Shown: one piece after another, positions 34,784-42,789 of the stretch | Layout of the letters: the number at the start of each line of letters is the position of its first letter | Position numbering within the stretch: the first letter of the stretch is position 1 | NCBI GenBank assembly: GCA_046329435.1 | Contig: JAXLUR010000012.1 | Coordinates: 24,051 to 88,050 of the forward strand | Direction of reading: 5' to 3' | From: Saprospiraceae bacterium | GTDB taxonomy: Bacteria; Bacteroidota; Bacteroidia; Chitinophagales; Saprospiraceae | DNA length: 64,000 nucleotides | The notes under the pieces: model-generated | Databases searched by the model: none | Told to the model about the DNA's origin: nothing | What the model saw: the letters and a program-made list of their open reading frames with translations, nothing else | Made by a program: the position numbers and the translations under genes

Positions 34784-35677
34784 ATGAGCACATTGCCTTC
34801 TACACCTCCCATGCCTTCACCGGCCCGCGGCGCGATGCGCGTCGTCATTCAGGGTGTCCGCGGCGCGTTCCACGAAATTGCAGCGCGCCAGTTTTTCAAC
34901 GGCCCCGTGGAAGTCGTACCAGCCGCCACTTTCGCCGAACTCATTCGGCTTGCCGGACAAGCCGCGCAAACCGATGCCGCTGTAATGGCCATTGAAAACA
35001 GCATTGCCGGCAGCATTCTCGGCAATTACAAGTTGTTGCAAACGAGCGATCTGGCCATCACGGGCGAAATTTTTCTGCCCATTCGCCAAAACCTGCTTGC
35101 CCTGCCCGGCGTGCAAGCCGGCGACATCCGCGAGGTGCACTCCCACCCTATGGCGCTGGCCCAGTGCGCCGATTTTTTCCGACAATACCCACACTGGCAA
35201 CTGGTCGAAACCGACGACACCGCCGCAGCCGCAGCCCGCATCGCCCGCGACCGGCGCAACGACATGGCAGCCGTCGGCAGTGCCCTGGCAGCCGAACTCT
35301 ACGGCCTGACGGTACTTGCATCCGGCATCGAAACGCATGAAGCCAATTTCACCCGTTTCCTCGTACTCGAACGGCGCGAAACCGTCGCCAGCGCCGCGCC
35401 GAACGGCAGCATGAGCCGCCGCAAAATATCGGTCTGTTTCTCCGTGCCGCACCGCAGCGGAAGCCTGAGCCGTATCCTGACCGTGCTGGCCGGACAAAGC
35501 GCGAACCTGACCAAAATCCAGTCGGTGCCTATCGTCGGGAGGGTCGGTGAATACCTTTTTTTCGTCGATTTCACGCTCGAAAACCCCGCTGTCATCCCCG
35601 AAACACTGCGCCTGCTCGACGTGATGACCCAGGCCTGTCAGGTACTCGGTATTTACAAACCCGGCGAGCTCGCCTGA
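34784..35677 (+). CDS. pheA: prephenate dehydratase
   Basis: 297 aa with RVVIQGVRGAFHEIAARQFF (PDT domain) and a C-terminal ACT domain (KISVCFSVPHRSGSLSRILTVLA...ESRP-like). The start could be the downstream ATG at 34835 (MRVVIQG). Confidence 0.88.
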   Translation: MSTLPSTPPMPSPARGAMRVVIQGVRGAFHEIAARQFFNGPVEVVPAATFAELIRLAGQAAQTDAAVMAIENSIAGSILGNYKLLQTSDLAITGEIFLPIRQNLLALPGVQAGDIREVHSHPMALAQCADFFRQYPHWQLVETDDTAAAAARIARDRRNDMAAVGSALAAELYGLTVLASGIETHEANFTRFLVLERRETVASAAPNGSMSRRKISVCFSVPHRSGSLSRILTVLAGQSANLTKIQSVPIVGRVGEYLFFVDFTLENPAVIPETLRLLDVMTQACQVLGIYKPGELA

Positions 35678-35693
35678 AAACCCTCCATTCGAC

Positions 35694-36869
35694 ATGATCG
35701 CACCCGCCAGCCGCCTCGACGGCATTCAGGAATACTACTTCGCCGGCAAATTGCGCGAGATCGCACAAATGCGTGCAGCCGGCCTCCCCGTCATTAACCT
35801 CGGCATCGGCTCGCCCGACCTGCCCCCGCACCCCGATGTGGTTGAAGCGCTTCGGCACAGTTCTTCCGACCCCAAAGCCCACGGCTACCAATCGTACACG
35901 GGCCTGCCCGCGCTCCGCCAGGCCTGGGCCGACTGGTATGCGCGCCACTACGGCGTTGCGCTCAACCCCGACACTGAAATCCTTCCGCTGATCGGCTCCA
36001 AGGAAGGCATCGCGCACATCGCCTTCACTTTCCTGGAAAACGGCGACGAGGCGCTGGTGCCCAATCCCGGTTATCCGACCTACCGGGCTGCCACCCGGCT
36101 TGCCGGCGCAACCGTGCGCGAGTACCCGCTCGACGAAAAAAACAACTGGCTTCCCGAACTCCGCACACTGGCGCAGAGCGACCTGTCAAAGGTCAAGATC
36201 ATGTGGGTCAACTACCCGCACATGCCTACCGGCACGGCCGCACCCGAGCATTTTTTTCAGGAGTTGGTTGATTTTGGAAAGGAACATAAAATATTGATTG
36301 TCAATGACAACCCTTACAGTTTTATTCTCAACGACCGCCCCTTGAGTATTCTGCGGGCCAATGGCGCAGCAGGGGTGGCGCTCGAACTGAACTCGCTCAG
36401 CAAATCGCACAACCTCGCCGGATGGCGCGTAGGGGCGGTGCTAGGCCAGGATAAATACCTGAACGCCATCCTACGCTTCAAAAGCAACCTCGATTCCGGT
36501 CAGTTTCAGCCGGTACAGCTGGCCGCGGCAAAAGCCTTGCAAGCCGACGAATCGTGGTACCGGCAGGTCAATGAGCAATATCGCGAACGACAGCAAAAAG
36601 CGCTTGAATTGCTGACCGGAATCGGCTGCAACGTTGCAGCGGGCCAGCAGGGGCTGTTTCTGTGGGGGCGCATTCCGGGCCGTTTCGCCGACGCCTATAC
36701 ACTCAGCGATACCCTGCTGTACCAGGCGCATGTTTTTCTGACGCCCGGCGGCATTTTCGGCAGTGCCGGCGAACGGCACATCCGCATTTCCCTGTGCCAG
36801 CCGCCCGATGTACTTCAGGAAGCCATTGACCGCATCCAGTCCATTCATTTTAAAACCCTTGCCGCATGA
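35694..36869 (+). CDS. class I/II PLP-dependent aminotransferase (probable aromatic/prephenate aminotransferase of the operon)
   Basis: 391 aa with INLGIGSPDLPPHPDV..., NPGYPTY and SLSKSHNLAGWRVG (PLP-lysine motif). Confidence 0.85.
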   Translation: MIAPASRLDGIQEYYFAGKLREIAQMRAAGLPVINLGIGSPDLPPHPDVVEALRHSSSDPKAHGYQSYTGLPALRQAWADWYARHYGVALNPDTEILPLIGSKEGIAHIAFTFLENGDEALVPNPGYPTYRAATRLAGATVREYPLDEKNNWLPELRTLAQSDLSKVKIMWVNYPHMPTGTAAPEHFFQELVDFGKEHKILIVNDNPYSFILNDRPLSILRANGAAGVALELNSLSKSHNLAGWRVGAVLGQDKYLNAILRFKSNLDSGQFQPVQLAAAKALQADESWYRQVNEQYRERQQKALELLTGIGCNVAAGQQGLFLWGRIPGRFADAYTLSDTLLYQAHVFLTPGGIFGSAGERHIRISLCQPPDVLQEAIDRIQSIHFKTLAA

Positions 36870-37711
36870 CAATTTGCATTATTGGCATTGGTTTGATCGG
36901 AGGCTCCATAGCGCGCGATGTGCGCGAAAAAGGCCTGGCCAGGCGCATCATCGGCGTCGAAAAAAAAACCGTACATGCCCGCGAAGCGCTGGCGCTGGGG
37001 GTGGCAGACGAAATATTGCCCCTCGAGAAAGCCCTCGCCGCCAGCGATTTCATCATATGCGCTACTCCCGTGGATCATTTGTCGGATTTATTGCCCCGGG
37101 TGCTCGACCTGATCGGGCCGGAACAGGTGGTGATCGATGTGGGATCCACTAAATCGGCAGTTCTAGAAGCCGTCGAGCGCCATCCGCGACGCGACCGTTT
37201 CGTGGCCACGCACCCGATGGCCGGTACGGAATACTCCGGTCCGGGCGCTGCGATCAGCGGTTTGTTCAGCGGCAAATGTTGCGTACTCTGCGACAGGGCC
37301 GCCAGCGCGCCCGACGCCCTTGAAAAAGTGCAGCAATTCTACACGGCGCTGGGCATGCACCTCGTGGAGCTCGACGGCGCAGCGCACGACCTGCACGTAG
37401 CTTATGTGAGTCACATTTCGCACATCGCCTCGTTTGCGCTTGCCCTCACGGTGCTGGAAAAAGAGCGGGAGGAAGCCCGAATTTTCGAACTGGCCAGCGG
37501 TGGTTTCAGCAGCACCGTACGGCTTGCCAAAAGCAATGCCGACACCTGGATACCTATTTTTCAACAAAACCGGGAAAATGTGCTCGATGTGCTCGACGAA
37601 TACATCAACACCGTGAGCCGCTTTCGCACTTTACTGATCAAAAAAGACTTCGGCGCCTTCGATCAACTGATTCGGAAAGCCAATGACATCCGCAGGATTC
37701 TGCACCCTTGA
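36866..37711 (+). CDS. tyrA: prephenate dehydrogenase
   Basis: 281 aa. The start overlaps the upstream stop as ATGA. It has the Rossmann motif ICIIGIGLIGGSIA, and VATHPMAG is typical of TyrA. Confidence 0.88.
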   Translation: MTICIIGIGLIGGSIARDVREKGLARRIIGVEKKTVHAREALALGVADEILPLEKALAASDFIICATPVDHLSDLLPRVLDLIGPEQVVIDVGSTKSAVLEAVERHPRRDRFVATHPMAGTEYSGPGAAISGLFSGKCCVLCDRAASAPDALEKVQQFYTALGMHLVELDGAAHDLHVAYVSHISHIASFALALTVLEKEREEARIFELASGGFSSTVRLAKSNADTWIPIFQQNRENVLDVLDEYINTVSRFRTLLIKKDFGAFDQLIRKANDIRRILHP

Positions 37712-37766
37712 AACCGCCACTGACAGCTATCTATCTTCTTCACGATCAAAGAATTAATTATCCGCC

Positions 37767-38840
37767 ATGTTCAACAAATCCGCTTCCCGCCCCTTCCTCA
37801 TTGCCGGCCCCTGTTCGGCCGAGACCGAAGAACAAGTCATGGACGTCGCCCGGGGACTCTCCGGTCAGGGTATCGACCTGTTCCGTGCAGGCGTCTGGAA
37901 ACCGCGCACTCGCCCGGGCGCATTCGAAGGCAACGGCGCCACAGCCCTCCCCTGGCTGCGCCGTGTAAAAGCCGAAACTGGTCTGCGCACCACGATCGAG
38001 GTAGCCACAGGCCAGCAGGCTTATGAAGCGCTGAAATTCGGCGTGGATGTGTTGTGGATCGGCGCCCGCACCACCGTCAATCCCTTTTCCGTTCAGGAAA
38101 TCGCAGACGCACTGCGCGGAGTGGAGGTGCCGGTGTTGGTCAAAAATCCGGTCAACCCCGACCTGGAACTCTGGATCGGGGCCATCGAGCGTTTGCAGAA
38201 TGCCGGCGTCGGCCCGATCGGAGCCGTGCATCGCGGTTTTTCGGCTTACGCCAAAACCAGGTTTCGCAATGCGCCCTGGTGGGAAATTCCGATCGAATTG
38301 CGCCGCCGGATGCCCGATTTACCCCTGATCTGCGACAACAGCCACATCTGCGGCAACCGCGACGACCTGCTCGAAGTGGCCCAGCAAGCCCTCGACCTGA
38401 ACTACGACGGCCTGATGACCGAAGTCCATTGCCGCCCCGACGAAGCGTGGAGCGATGCCAAACAACAGATCACGCCTTTTGCCTACGGCGAAATGCTGCG
38501 CCGCCTGACCGTGCCGCAAGTGACCAGCGACAATCCGGAGTTTCTCGAAAACCTGGAACACCTGCGCCATAAAATTGACGAAATCGACCTCGAAATGTTC
38601 AATTTACTGGCCCGCCGGATGCGTTGCGCACAGGAAATCGGCCGCTACAAGCAGCGCAACAACATTGCCATCCTGCAATCGACGCGCTGGAACAGCATCC
38701 TGGAAAAGGCCTTTGCACAGGGCCGCCAGCGCGGACTGAGCGACGAGTTCGTGGAAAAAATGTTCACCGCCGTTCACCAGGAAAGTATTGCGCAACAAAC
38801 CGCCATTATGCACGGGGCTGCTGTCGAAGCGCAACATTGA
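37767..38840 (+). CDS. bifunctional 3-deoxy-7-phosphoheptulonate (DAHP) synthase / chorismate mutase type II
   Basis: 357 aa. The N-terminal KDO8P/DAHPS-I-beta-like barrel is PFLIAGPCSAETEEQV...RAGVWKPRT. The C-terminal CM_2 domain is LRHKIDEIDLEMFNLLARRMRCAQEIGRYK. Confidence 0.88.
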   Translation: MFNKSASRPFLIAGPCSAETEEQVMDVARGLSGQGIDLFRAGVWKPRTRPGAFEGNGATALPWLRRVKAETGLRTTIEVATGQQAYEALKFGVDVLWIGARTTVNPFSVQEIADALRGVEVPVLVKNPVNPDLELWIGAIERLQNAGVGPIGAVHRGFSAYAKTRFRNAPWWEIPIELRRRMPDLPLICDNSHICGNRDDLLEVAQQALDLNYDGLMTEVHCRPDEAWSDAKQQITPFAYGEMLRRLTVPQVTSDNPEFLENLEHLRHKIDEIDLEMFNLLARRMRCAQEIGRYKQRNNIAILQSTRWNSILEKAFAQGRQRGLSDEFVEKMFTAVHQESIAQQTAIMHGAAVEAQH

Positions 38841-38844
38841 GTCG

Positions 38845-38852
38845 TATTTTTG
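38845..38852 (+). promoter_or_regulatory. putative -7 box (TATTTTTG) only 4 nt from the next start codon (possible leaderless transcript)
   Basis: TATTTTTG at 38845-38852, with the ATG at 38857. Confidence 0.3.
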
Positions 38853-38856
38853 TCGC

Positions 38857-39462
38857 ATGAAAACTGTCGGACCGGGCGCTTACGGCGCACCTAAATATTA
38901 CCTCGTGTACAAACCCTACGGCATGTTGTCGCAGTTTACCCGCGAGGCGCCCGGGCAAACTACCCTGGCCGACCTGGATTTTACCTTCCCCAGGGATGTG
39001 TATCCAGTGGGCCGCCTCGATGCCGACAGCGAAGGCTTGCTGTTGCTGACCAGCGACAAATCCCTGAATACGCGGATGCTCGACCCGCGTTTCGAGCATC
39101 CGCGAACCTACTGGGCCCAGGTAGAAGGCATACCAGACGAAACGGCGCTCGTCCGCCTGCAAACCGGCGTCGATATTCAGGTCAATGGCAAACGGCACCA
39201 CACCAGGCCGGCCCTGGCAAGGGTGCTGTTACCGGCGCCGATGCTCCCCGAACGCAATCCGCCCATCCGTTTTCGGAAAACAGTGCCCGATACCTGGCTC
39301 GAGCTGACGCTGACCGAAGGTAAAAACCGGCAGGTACGACGGATGTGCGCAGCAGTCGGTTTGCCGGTGTTGCGCCTGGTACGGGCGGCCATCGGGCGTG
39401 TTCTACTGGGTGATATGCAGCCCGGAGAAGTGCGGGAAGCAAGCAGGGAGTTGTTCCAGTAG
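38857..39462 (+). CDS. pseudouridine synthase, RsuA/RluE family
   Basis: ORF 38788-39462 trimmed to MKTVGPGAYGAPKYYLVYKPYGMLSQF. It has the catalytic motif VGRLDADSEGLLLLTSD and GKNRQVRRM. Confidence 0.88.
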   Translation: MKTVGPGAYGAPKYYLVYKPYGMLSQFTREAPGQTTLADLDFTFPRDVYPVGRLDADSEGLLLLTSDKSLNTRMLDPRFEHPRTYWAQVEGIPDETALVRLQTGVDIQVNGKRHHTRPALARVLLPAPMLPERNPPIRFRKTVPDTWLELTLTEGKNRQVRRMCAAVGLPVLRLVRAAIGRVLLGDMQPGEVREASRELFQ

Positions 39463-39489
39463 ATGCCGGGGAATTTTTCGAAAAAAACA

Positions 39490-39963
39490 TCAGGCTGGCA
39501 TGACGCCGAACAGTTCCTCCAGTTTTTTCCAGCGGTAATTAAAAATGCCTTCCAGCTGCCGTCGTACGAAAATGGCGTGGGCAAGGCGACCCAAAATGCC
39601 GAGCGGAAGGCGATAATGAACGAGATCGGTCATTTCCACACCGCCTTCAATCGCCTTGAAATGGTGCTGATGATGCCAGAGCGCATAGGGGCCGACCCGT
39701 TGCTCATCCACAAAAAAGCGTTGGTGTTCGACGTGGGTGATTTCGGTCATCCAGTACAGCGGGATGCCCAGCAGGGGCGTGACGGTATAATCGATGATCT
39801 GACCGGCATACATGTGCGTCAAAAAAGCCGGGTCGGTGTGTACATGAAACCCCATGTAAGGTGGGGTAATCACTTTCAGGTTGTCGGGTGCGGAGAAGAA
39901 GTCCCAGGCGTGTTCGAGGGAGATGGGCAGTCGTTGTACTCTTTTTAACGTAAAAGTGGCCAT
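39490..39963 (-). CDS. SRPBCC (START/Bet v1-like) family protein
   Basis: ORF 39490-39996 trimmed to MATFTLKRVQRLPISLEHAWDFFSAPDNL. VDEQRVGPYALWHHQHHF is typical of the SRPBCC/DUF1731-associated group. Confidence 0.75.
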   Translation of the reverse strand: MATFTLKRVQRLPISLEHAWDFFSAPDNLKVITPPYMGFHVHTDPAFLTHMYAGQIIDYTVTPLLGIPLYWMTEITHVEHQRFFVDEQRVGPYALWHHQHHFKAIEGGVEMTDLVHYRLPLGILGRLAHAIFVRRQLEGIFNYRWKKLEELFGVMPA

Positions 39964-40021
39964 TGTTTGTGTTTTGACACCCCAAACAATGGCCACGGAC
40001 GACGGTTCAAAACCGGTGGTT

Positions 40022-40447
40022 TTACATGTTTTCCGGCACGAATTTCCCGAGATCTTCCGGGTACTCCTTGTTGTATTCGTAGCGAATCAGGTCGGTGGAA
40101 GTAATAATACCGACGAGTTCATGTTCATCGTTGACGATCGGAACAGCGTGGAAAAGGTGCTCCTTGAGTACTTCTGCCACGGCGCCCAGATGCTGATCGG
40201 GGTCGAGCGCGGCGATTTTACGAACCATCAATTCAGTTACGGGGATTTTGTCGTACTCCTCGGCCGATTTGCCGAGCCGGAAGATGTCCCACGAAGAAAT
40301 CAGGCCGACCAATTTCTTGCCTTCCAGAACGGGGAGGTGGTGAATGTGTTTTTCCAGCATGATCCGACGCGCGTCGCCGAGGGTGTTTTCCGGCGTCAGG
40401 GTGATCACATTCGAGGTCATCACCGCGCGCACATATTCGTTCATCAT
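40022..40447 (-). CDS. CBS-domain pair protein
   Basis: ORF 40022-40594 trimmed to MMNEYVRAVMTSNVITLTPENTLGDARRIMLEKHIHHLPVLEGKKLVGLIS. Two CBS repeats are present. Confidence 0.8.
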   Translation of the reverse strand: MMNEYVRAVMTSNVITLTPENTLGDARRIMLEKHIHHLPVLEGKKLVGLISSWDIFRLGKSAEEYDKIPVTELMVRKIAALDPDQHLGAVAEVLKEHLFHAVPIVNDEHELVGIITSTDLIRYEYNKEYPEDLGKFVPENM

Positions 40448-40646
40448 AGGCTGTAAAGCATAATATTTAGTGAAAAAATGGACAGTATTCTGTTTTACCC
40501 TCCAAAGTAGAGCCTTCCCCGGAAACCGGCAAGGAAATCCTTGATTTTGACAAATTTTAGGGTGCGCCCGGTCTGCCTTTTTTATCCGCAACAAATTGAT
40601 TATCAGGCATTGACAGCTTATCCTATGGCTAGACGCCGTGATTCTT

Positions 40647-41447
40647 TCAACTACCGAGCTCCCGGGCGCGTGCCAGGGCCGCTTCGGCGCCGGCCATCAC
40701 ACTGGAGTGCAAGGCCGTGTCTCTGAAAACCCGCAGGGCCGCTTCGGTAGTCCCTCCTTTGCTGGCAACCTTCCCGATCCATTCCTCGCACGACAAATCG
40801 GCTTTGTTGTAAAGATCGACCGCCCCAGTAAAAGTCTGGGCGACAAGCAGTTCGGCCTCCGAAGCGGAGAAACCCATATTGGTCGCAGCCTGTATCATGG
40901 CATTCATAAAAAAATACACATAGGCCGGCCCCGAGCCGGAAATAGCTGTTGCAGCATCAATCATCTCCTCTTTTTCCACGTAAAGGGTCTTGCCCGTCGT
41001 GTTAAGCAGGTTTTGCACCGTGACCAGTTCGATCCTCGTGACAGCATCCGTCGAGGTAAAAGCCGTGACGCCGGCGCCGATCTGGGCCGGCAGGTTGGGC
41101 ATGGCACGGATTACCTTTTGGGCGCCCAGGGCCTGCGAAATAGCGTGCAGCCGCACCCCAGCCATAATGCTGAGAAATACCTGACCGGGGTCGACCAGGC
41201 GGGCAATTTGTTCGAAAAGGCGCGGGGAATCCTGTGGTTTCACGGCCAGAATGCACAAATCTGCCTCGGGTACACAATACTCGGGTTCGCTAAAAAAACG
41301 CCCGTCGAAATGCTGGCTGAGGTGATTGGCCTTTTCGTACGAGCGGCAAAGAACCATCAGGTTGTCGGCGGTCACGATCCTGCTGCGCAAAAATGTTTGC
41401 GCGTAGGTCAGCCCCATGTTCCCTCCGCCGAGTATGAGAATTTTCAT
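40647..41447 (-). CDS. proC: pyrroline-5-carboxylate reductase
   Basis: ORF 40647-41549 trimmed to MKILILGGGNMGLTYAQ. The C-terminal motifs SGSGPAYVYFFMNAM and VASKGGTTEAAL are present. Confidence 0.9.
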   Translation of the reverse strand: MKILILGGGNMGLTYAQTFLRSRIVTADNLMVLCRSYEKANHLSQHFDGRFFSEPEYCVPEADLCILAVKPQDSPRLFEQIARLVDPGQVFLSIMAGVRLHAISQALGAQKVIRAMPNLPAQIGAGVTAFTSTDAVTRIELVTVQNLLNTTGKTLYVEKEEMIDAATAISGSGPAYVYFFMNAMIQAATNMGFSASEAELLVAQTFTGAVDLYNKADLSCEEWIGKVASKGGTTEAALRVFRDTALHSSVMAGAEAALARARELGS

Positions 41448-41499
41448 GTGTTCAGTTTTGCCGCAAAAATTGGACTTTTCGGCAGTAAAAATTCCATAC

Positions 41500-42543
41500 A
41501 TGAAAAAATTACACGTATTCAGCGCCGCTTTTGTCATGATCACCGCCATGTTGCTTTACAATCAGGGCTGTACGCCGGCCGGCCAAAACCCTACGGGCAG
41601 CAGTCAGCGCCCCCAATGGGCCATTGCCATCCACGGTGGCGCCGGCGCGCTGAGTCGCGCCGAAATGACGCCTGAAAAAGAAGCCGCGTACCGGGCAGCG
41701 CTCGACAGCGCCCTGCAAATCGGCGAAACCGTGCTGCGCAACGGCGGCACAGCCCTCGACGCCGTAACGCAAACGGTCAGCTGGCTCGAAGACTGTCCCC
41801 TGTTCAACGCCGGCCGGGGCGCCGTTTTCACGCACGACGGGCGCAATGAACTCGATGCCAGCATCATGGATGGCAGCACGCAAATGGCCGGCGCCGTGGG
41901 CGGCGTTACCATTGTCAAAAACCCGATCCGGCTTGCGCGCGCCGTGATGGAAAAATCACCTCACGTATTCCTCACGGGCAAAGGCGCCGAGCAGTTCGCC
42001 ATCGAACATGGCATCGATACCGTGGCGCCTTCGTGGTTTTTTACGCAGGAACGCTGGAATGCGCTCCAGAAAGCATTGGATGAGGAAAAAGCAAACGGAA
42101 AAACCGGGGCGCTCGGACACAATCCCGACTACAAATTCGGCACCGTCGGCTGCGTGGCGCTCGATCAGGCCGGCAACCTCGCGGCGGGCACCAGCACCGG
42201 AGGGATGACCAACAAACGCTGGAACCGGCTGGGCGACTCGCCGGTCATCGGCGCGGGCACTTATGCCTCCAACGACGCCTGCGCAGTGTCATGCACCGGG
42301 CACGGAGAATTTTTTATCCGCTACGCCGTGGCCCACGATGTCTGGGCGCTGATGTCGTACAAAGGCCTGTCGTTGCAAGAAGCCGCCGACTGGGTGGTCA
42401 ATAAAAAACTGGTGGAAAAAGGCGGCGAAGGCGGCCTGATCGCCGTGGATAAAAACGGCAACATTGCATTGCCTTTTAATTCGGAAGGAATGTACCGAGG
42501 CTACGCGCGGCCCGGGGAACGCAAAATTGATATTTACAAATAA
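41500..42543 (+). CDS. isoaspartyl peptidase / L-asparaginase (Ntn hydrolase)
   Basis: ORF 41416-42543 trimmed to MKKLHVFSAAFVMITAMLLYNQGC (lipoprotein-like signal). It has the autoproteolysis/nucleophile motif GTVGCVALD and TSTGGMTNK. Confidence 0.9.
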   Translation: MKKLHVFSAAFVMITAMLLYNQGCTPAGQNPTGSSQRPQWAIAIHGGAGALSRAEMTPEKEAAYRAALDSALQIGETVLRNGGTALDAVTQTVSWLEDCPLFNAGRGAVFTHDGRNELDASIMDGSTQMAGAVGGVTIVKNPIRLARAVMEKSPHVFLTGKGAEQFAIEHGIDTVAPSWFFTQERWNALQKALDEEKANGKTGALGHNPDYKFGTVGCVALDQAGNLAAGTSTGGMTNKRWNRLGDSPVIGAGTYASNDACAVSCTGHGEFFIRYAVAHDVWALMSYKGLSLQEAADWVVNKKLVEKGGEGGLIAVDKNGNIALPFNSEGMYRGYARPGERKIDIYK

Positions 42544-42675
42544 CAACCATCCGGCTGCCGGATACCGCGCTGGTTGCCTTCCCTAGCCGGAAGGCGCGGA
42601 TCGGATTTCAGGGTGAGCAGCCAGCGGGAAAGGTTTCGAAGCTTCGGCAAGCGGATTTTATCTGACTCAACAACT

Positions 42676-42740
42676 ACTTCGGTGTCCGATATTCGGTGTT
42701 CTGCCAAAAAAATTGAACACTGAATACCGAACACCGAAGT
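42676..42740. repeat. palindromic intergenic element, copy A (imperfect 25/26-nt arms)
   Basis: acttcggtgtccgatattcggtgttc-tgccaaaaaaatt-gaacactgaataccgaacaccgaagt. It shares the core cgatattcggtgtt...aaaaa-ttgaa and the outer acttc-g-gt arms with copy B at 63233-63291. It lies between convergent genes. Confidence 0.75.
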
Positions 42741-42789
42741 GTCAGCTGGAGACAGCCCTGTCCGTCTGAAACAAAGCAGCCGGGCGGGT

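Noticed and set aside
34684-34995. The 103-aa ORF containing VFFFST upstream of and overlapping pheA, considered as the Phe leader.
   Set aside because: It has a non-ATG start, and its FFF comes from reading the terminator T-tract. It also overlaps pheA out of frame. The compact ATG-initiated 30-codon ORF at 34607-34699 is the better leader candidate.
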